Assembly (NCBI GenBank): GCA_963778115.1
Contig: CAVZSV010000005.1
Span: 64,001 to 128,000 of the forward strand
Source of the DNA: an uncultured delta proteobacterium
Lineage (GTDB): Bacteria > Bdellovibrionota > FAC87 > UBA2466
Reading direction: 5' to 3'
Length of the DNA: 64,000 nt
The notes under the pieces are model-generated. The model did not search any database. It worked only from the letters and a program-made list of their open reading frames with translations, and had not been told where the DNA came from. A program made the position numbers and the translations under genes. Below, one piece after another: positions 59,404 through 64,000 of the stretch (within the stretch, counting starts at the first letter, position 1; every line of letters starts with the position of its first letter).

Positions 59404-60540
59404 TTAAGGCGCAATCGTCGCTTCGTATTTAAACTTACCATCCTTCACTTTCATGATTACCGTGGGTTTGATAGCATCGCGATGTTCGTCTATAGTGATT
59501 TTTCCGGTGACTCCAGGAAAGTCTTTTGTCTTTGCCAAGGCGTCTCGAATTCCGACGGGTGTAATCTCTTTTAAACGTTTCATCGCGGCCGCGAGGATTT
59601 TCGCGGCATCATAACCCAGAGCCGCTGGGGCAGAGGGGATCTCTTTGTATTTGCTTTGGTAGCGCTGAATGAAACTCTTAACTTGGGGTTCCTGGCTTTC
59701 AGAGGAGTAATGGGTTGAAAAGTAACCTCCCTCAATGGCCGGGCCACCCAGCGTGATCAGTTCCGGCGCATCCCAAGCGTCGCCTCCGAGTAGAGGAACT
59801 TTCAGTCCTAGCTCGCGCGCCTGTCTTGCAATGAGGCCAGCCTCGACGTAGTAGCCGGTCAGGAAAATGGCATCCGGAGCTTGTTCGCGAATGGCGACAA
59901 GTTGAGAGCGAAAGTCGACATCCCCTGCGGTGTAAGTCTGATTGGCGACTATTTTTCCTCCTAGTTCCGTGTACTTCTTGATGAAGAATTCAGCCAACCC
60001 AAGGCTGGCGTCACTGTTTAGGTCCTTCATAATAGCGACACGCTTCAAATGAAGTTTATCCATGACAAATTTGGCGAGAACTGCCCCCTGGAAGGAGTCG
60101 ATGTAGCACACGCGGAATATGTAATCGCCGAGTTGAGTCACTTTAACGTTAGTGGCCCAAGGGCTAATCATGGGGATTTTTTGACTTTGGGCGATGGGAG
60201 CCATGGCGAGAGCCTTTGAACTTTGGGATTCTCCCAAAACCGCGACTACCTTGTTCAGAGTAATTAGCTTAGTGGCGGCAAGAACAGCTTCGGTAGACTT
60301 TCCTTGATCGTCCAAGGAAAAAAGTTCAATGGGCCGGCCATTGATTCCGCCATTCTTATTTATTTCTTCCACGGCAAGCACGATTCCTCGGTCCACGGCG
60401 GTCCCGTAGGCAGCATCGGCACCCGTGAGAGCGTCGACATGGCCCACTCGAATAGGTTCTGCTTTAGCGGCGGCTACACTTTGATTTCCGATCATCAAGG
60501 GTAGAAAAAAGATCGCAATCGCTAGGGAAACTGGCTTCAT
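59404..60540 (-). CDS. Branched-chain amino acid ABC substrate-binding protein (LivJ/K-like)
   Basis: IRVG...LTG..A.YG, EEINKNGGINGR, FRVCYIDSFQG, ALGYDA, FPGVTG.ITID. Confidence 0.93.
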   Translation of the reverse strand: MKPVSLAIAIFFLPLMIGNQSVAAAKAEPIRVGHVDALTGADAAYGTAVDRGIVLAVEEINKNGGINGRPIELFSLDDQGKSTEAVLAATKLITLNKVVAVLGESQSSKALAMAPIAQSQKIPMISPWATNVKVTQLGDYIFRVCYIDSFQGAVLAKFVMDKLHLKRVAIMKDLNSDASLGLAEFFIKKYTELGGKIVANQTYTAGDVDFRSQLVAIREQAPDAIFLTGYYVEAGLIARQARELGLKVPLLGGDAWDAPELITLGGPAIEGGYFSTHYSSESQEPQVKSFIQRYQSKYKEIPSAPAALGYDAAKILAAAMKRLKEITPVGIRDALAKTKDFPGVTGKITIDEHRDAIKPTVIMKVKDGKFKYEATIAP

Positions 60541-60600
60541 GGGACTCCTTATGCGGGTAATTCACTTCAATGTGAAGCGACGTGTCAATTGAATAGGCGG

Positions 60601-61707
60601 TTAAGCGACAGGGGCTAAAAACTTTCTTAGCTCTGCATCCTGTCGCTCCGCATCTTTTCTTCCCAACTCCAAAAGGGCTTTGACGTAGCCGGGACTGAAC
60701 ATCAAGTAGCTTAAAAGATCTCCCAGCTCTTCGGGTTCCGCCGTAGTCTTTAGCAGCTGTCGGAAATGGAAGGGGACTTCGCTCAAAAAATCTTTAGCAA
60801 GAACTCCTAAGTCGACACTCGGGCGCACGAGGCAAACGGGAACATAGGCCGGAGACTCAGGACCTACGAATTCGTTAATACGACAAATATTTTCGTAATC
60901 AAACTCAAGACTATCTAGAAAAATGGAATTTAGTACCGTCCCTGCCACAAATCCTAAACTAAGATGGTCAGGCCGATGTTCTTGAATGACGGGAATGGGG
61001 TTGGGGCAGCGAATGCCTATCGCAATCAGATGAGAAGCTCCCAAGTGGATGGCGGGACTAAAAGGAAAACTAAAACGAAGCGAACCATCGCCGAAAATGG
61101 CCTTCCCAATCGGAACGGGTTCGAAAAGTATCGGAATAGAACAGGATGCCATGATATGGCGGATGCGAAGCGAGTGGCGTGCCGAGTTTCTGCGCTCTCT
61201 TGCCCAAGGGGGTATCGGTTTTTCGGAATCAAAGAAAGTGGTGGTCGAGCCGTCGAGGTAATTGGTGGCCGTAACGGCAACCCCTCTCACTAGCCCCTGG
61301 CGAACGGCACGCCTTATTTTCCAGAAATGAATATGCGTCAGCAGCGTTGCGGCCAGAGGGCTTGCATCCAGCAAGGACTTGAGAAGCAGACGTCTAGTCA
61401 CTTTAGAAACCGACATGTCGTAGATCCAGCGTAAAAGCATTCGGGCCATGGAGTTGAAATTGGTCTTAAAGACCTGATCGAAGGTAAGTTGCTCCCAAAG
61501 CCGATACGCATCTGCCGTCGATTTCTGAGGAGATTCTCCCTGGGCCAAAAAAGCCGCATTGATGGAGCCAGCAGAGATTCCGGTGAAGATAGTGGGCTTA
61601 AAGTCGGGACAGTGGGCTCCTAAATGGCTTAAGACGCCGACTTGGTAAGCGGCTCTTGCACCGCCCGCGCTTAGGACAAGACCCAGATCCGATCTCGATT
61701 TTTTCAT
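60601..61707 (-). CDS. Patatin-like phospholipase
   Basis: LSAGGARAAYQVG, GISAG nucleophile, ASCSIP..F, GDGS. Confidence 0.93.
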   Translation of the reverse strand: MKKSRSDLGLVLSAGGARAAYQVGVLSHLGAHCPDFKPTIFTGISAGSINAAFLAQGESPQKSTADAYRLWEQLTFDQVFKTNFNSMARMLLRWIYDMSVSKVTRRLLLKSLLDASPLAATLLTHIHFWKIRRAVRQGLVRGVAVTATNYLDGSTTTFFDSEKPIPPWARERRNSARHSLRIRHIMASCSIPILFEPVPIGKAIFGDGSLRFSFPFSPAIHLGASHLIAIGIRCPNPIPVIQEHRPDHLSLGFVAGTVLNSIFLDSLEFDYENICRINEFVGPESPAYVPVCLVRPSVDLGVLAKDFLSEVPFHFRQLLKTTAEPEELGDLLSYLMFSPGYVKALLELGRKDAERQDAELRKFLAPVA

Positions 61708-61792
61708 TCGTCCTATTGTACCCCCACACCCCGGGAGTCGTCACCGTCCCAACATGTCATCCCCCAAGAAGGTAGGGCCGTACCTTCTTGGG

Positions 61793-62482
61793 TTAGTGAA
61801 TGATGAGCACAAACTCTCCGCGGGAGAGCTGGTGAATTTTTGCAAAGTTTTCGAGTTCGCTAGCGGTTCCCCAAAAATATTGTTCGCAGGGCTTGCTAAT
61901 TTCCCAAGCGAGAAAGATCTGACGCTTCGGGTTAATGGCTGCTTTCACTTGGGAGAGAAGTGCTTCGAAACGATAGGGGGTATCCATCAATACGATGTGG
62001 CCTTCCACGGACAAAAGTCTTTTTAGCTCTTTTAGTCGTTCCCCCTGTTCGCGGGGTAGAAAACCTGAGATGAAAAAAGGCGGTTCCCATCCCGACATCG
62101 CGCAAGCCGTAGCCCAAGAGGTGGCCGAAGGGATACTGCGGATGTTAAATCCGAGGGTTCGACACCAATGAAGAATTTCGCTACCAGGATCAAACAGTAC
62201 GGGCATTCCGGTATCCGATAGTAACGCCACCTTTGCCCCTTGTGTGAAGGCAAGCCGTAGCCGATCGTAGAGCCGTTGCTCTTCGGGTTTGGAAAGATTA
62301 TCTAAGAAAAAGAGTTCGGGAGGTGTCACCTTATTCCAGTGGGGCTTAGTGTAGCGAAAAGCGGGCTTTCTGTTCTCGGCAATGATCACCGAGCAAAGCG
62401 AGATCGCTTGCGCCGCGCGTGTTTCTAGTGACTCTTCTTCATTTAGAGGGGTTCCGATGACGATAAGTTCACAATACGTCAT
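61793..62482 (-). CDS. RsmI-like SAM-dependent (tetrapyrrole methylase family) methyltransferase
   Basis: IGTPL, IIAE, ALLSDTGMP...DPG, F..GFLPR, MDTPYR, RGEFVL. Confidence 0.85.
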   Translation of the reverse strand: MTYCELIVIGTPLNEEESLETRAAQAISLCSVIIAENRKPAFRYTKPHWNKVTPPELFFLDNLSKPEEQRLYDRLRLAFTQGAKVALLSDTGMPVLFDPGSEILHWCRTLGFNIRSIPSATSWATACAMSGWEPPFFISGFLPREQGERLKELKRLLSVEGHIVLMDTPYRFEALLSQVKAAINPKRQIFLAWEISKPCEQYFWGTASELENFAKIHQLSRGEFVLIIH

Positions 62483-64000
62483 TGCGACGCACTCTTTAGC
62501 TGAGCGCCAGGTTTCCCAAAATCGAAATTGAAGACGAAGCTTGAGAAGCGCTGCTTGAGATCGTTCTGTCCAAAATTGAAGGTGAGGCCCCAGCAGGAGC
62601 GGGGCTTGCCGCCAAAGATAAGAGACATCTGCGCTCCCAAAAGGTTTCCCTGTTTGTAGGAATATTCGAGGCTTCCACCGATATCAAAAAACCAGGGGCT
62701 GGTCTTATAGAAAGCTAGAATCGCCGTTTTTTCCGTGAGATCGGGATCGGCGTTAATGGCGATGCGATTGCCGATGGTAATGCTGTTACCACTTAGGTCG
62801 CGGTACGAAAGCGTGCTTGAAATATCATTTTCGAATACCCCGTTAGTGGCTTGCAATTGGTAGTCGCCTTGGAATTGGGCGACGAGACGCCAGATCTGAA
62901 ATTCGCCCAATATTTCGATAGGCCCCATGTGGTACTGGTATCTGGGATCTATGTTCGAGGTGATGGAGTTGTACTGCTCCGATAGTTGAAACAGAAAGAA
63001 CCTCTCGGAGCCCGTGGGGGTCTTGCGCATTAAACGGTTGGTCAGTTCAAAACGCATATACTGGTAAGGCGTCAGTAGATCGGTCAAATCGAACATGGGA
63101 TTACTAAGACCCCGATTTTGATCGACGTAGAAAAACGGGTTGTCCGATGGACTCTGGTAAAGGCTCGTCGCATAAGTAATACGCGGCTGAAAAACGTGCG
63201 CTATTTTTTCATACCCTGGGATGGAGGTTTCAAAGCTTCTCCACAGGTACATGGAAACGGGGACTTGAAGTTCCGCATATTCGCGGTGGACGAAATTGGA
63301 GTTCGGATAGTCGAAGTGATAGATCAATGACCCCGCGCTTAGCATGGGTTGCAGCTGAAATCCGTTGGAGAGAGGAACATTCGCAATCAAGCGGGGCTCT
63401 ACCTGAGCGCGCTGACCGGACCGGATGTAATCGCCCGAATGGTAAGCTTGATTGGGATCGAAGTTGTTAATGACGAGCGGGTTGACGTTGGGATTGAATG
63501 AGTTAGCGATAGAGTCATACCCGACGGCAGGCCGATAGAAGTTAGTAACGTTGGTATCGAATTCATAAGAGAAAAGTTGATTTAGAAAAGGGGTATTCGC
63601 CCCAAAGAACGAGACACTCGGAAGTTTTGTTACCGGCCCGCGATCGATCCCATTGTCTTGAGTAATGATAAGGCTCTGGTGGTGATCGACGTCCGCGGTA
63701 AATAGGTAACTGTCACCGGGAGAGGTGAGACTTAGTTGCGATCGCAAGGACGGCATAGTGACTCCCGATTTGATGTCGGGGGCATAATCCAGAGTGTAGT
63801 AGGGATTACTCACCTCTCTAATGATCTGTCTGGCGTGGGAACGTTTTCCAAAAGCGTAATTGTTATCGATATCAACCGCCCACTCGCCGATTAACCCCAA
63901 GAAACGATTGCGGGTCAGATCGTCGGGAGCGGGGTTATAGGGATCCGGGCTGAAACGCCTTTGTAGCATGAACACATTTGCCTCTCCTAGGGTTCCGGCG
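62479..64000 (-). CDS. lptD: LPS-assembly protein LptD-like beta-barrel (5' end beyond window)
   Basis: TKLPSV, HVFQPRITY, ELTNRL, SCWG near the C-terminus. Beta-strand-rich and open to the window edge. Confidence 0.7.
   Translation of the reverse strand, partial: AGTLGEANVFMLQRRFSPDPYNPAPDDLTRNRFLGLIGEWAVDIDNNYAFGKRSHARQIIREVSNPYYTLDYAPDIKSGVTMPSLRSQLSLTSPGDSYLFTADVDHHQSLIITQDNGIDRGPVTKLPSVSFFGANTPFLNQLFSYEFDTNVTNFYRPAVGYDSIANSFNPNVNPLVINNFDPNQAYHSGDYIRSGQRAQVEPRLIANVPLSNGFQLQPMLSAGSLIYHFDYPNSNFVHREYAELQVPVSMYLWRSFETSIPGYEKIAHVFQPRITYATSLYQSPSDNPFFYVDQNRGLSNPMFDLTDLLTPYQYMRFELTNRLMRKTPTGSERFFLFQLSEQYNSITSNIDPRYQYHMGPIEILGEFQIWRLVAQFQGDYQLQATNGVFENDISSTLSYRDLSGNSITIGNRIAINADPDLTEKTAILAFYKTSPWFFDIGGSLEYSYKQGNLLGAQMSLIFGGKPRSCWGLTFNFGQNDLKQRFSSFVFNFDFGKPGAQLKSASQ

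Overview
About 50% GC bacterial chromosome segment, most consistent with Bdellovibrionota/Oligoflexia-like deltaproteobacteria. The supporting markers are a TIGR02147 regulator next to a GNGG-motif lipoprotein, a 277-aa flagellin, a RomR-like polarity protein and many orphan secreted proteins. The left part (1-36,350) is accessory. It holds the end of a DDE transposase, about 25 secreted or lipoprotein ORFans, a trypsin-like protease, an MFS citrate-type symporter, a DUF2844/DUF3443 pair, a PAS histidine kinase, a partly broken glycosylation cluster and an IS4(IS50)-type element sitting inside a palindromic repeat just downstream of tRNA-Leu(CAA). The right part (36,438-64,000) is mostly core: rpsT, a nuoB-C-D-I-rhodanese cluster, an unannotated 31-aa Lys-rich microprotein, flagellin, romR-like-birA-coaX, prfB with its programmed +1 frameshift, surE-nlpD, a second nuoB-C-D-E-F-G-I cluster, ihfA, an Omp85 protein, an ABC substrate-binding protein, a patatin, rsmI-like and a partial lptD. 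The most notable observations are two different complex I Q-modules within 10 kb, a sigma54 promoter set with a shared GAC-N7-GTC upstream motif, an H1-like microprotein, an IS inside a REP-like palindrome with a related motif at 47.7 kb, signal-peptide-bearing versions of normally cytoplasmic enzymes, and a rod-shaped candidate RNA upstream of nlpD. Several indels and in-frame stops fall in normally conserved genes (nlpD, nuoC, nuoD), so some 'pseudogenes' may be assembly errors. All family calls come from motif recognition only; no searches were run.
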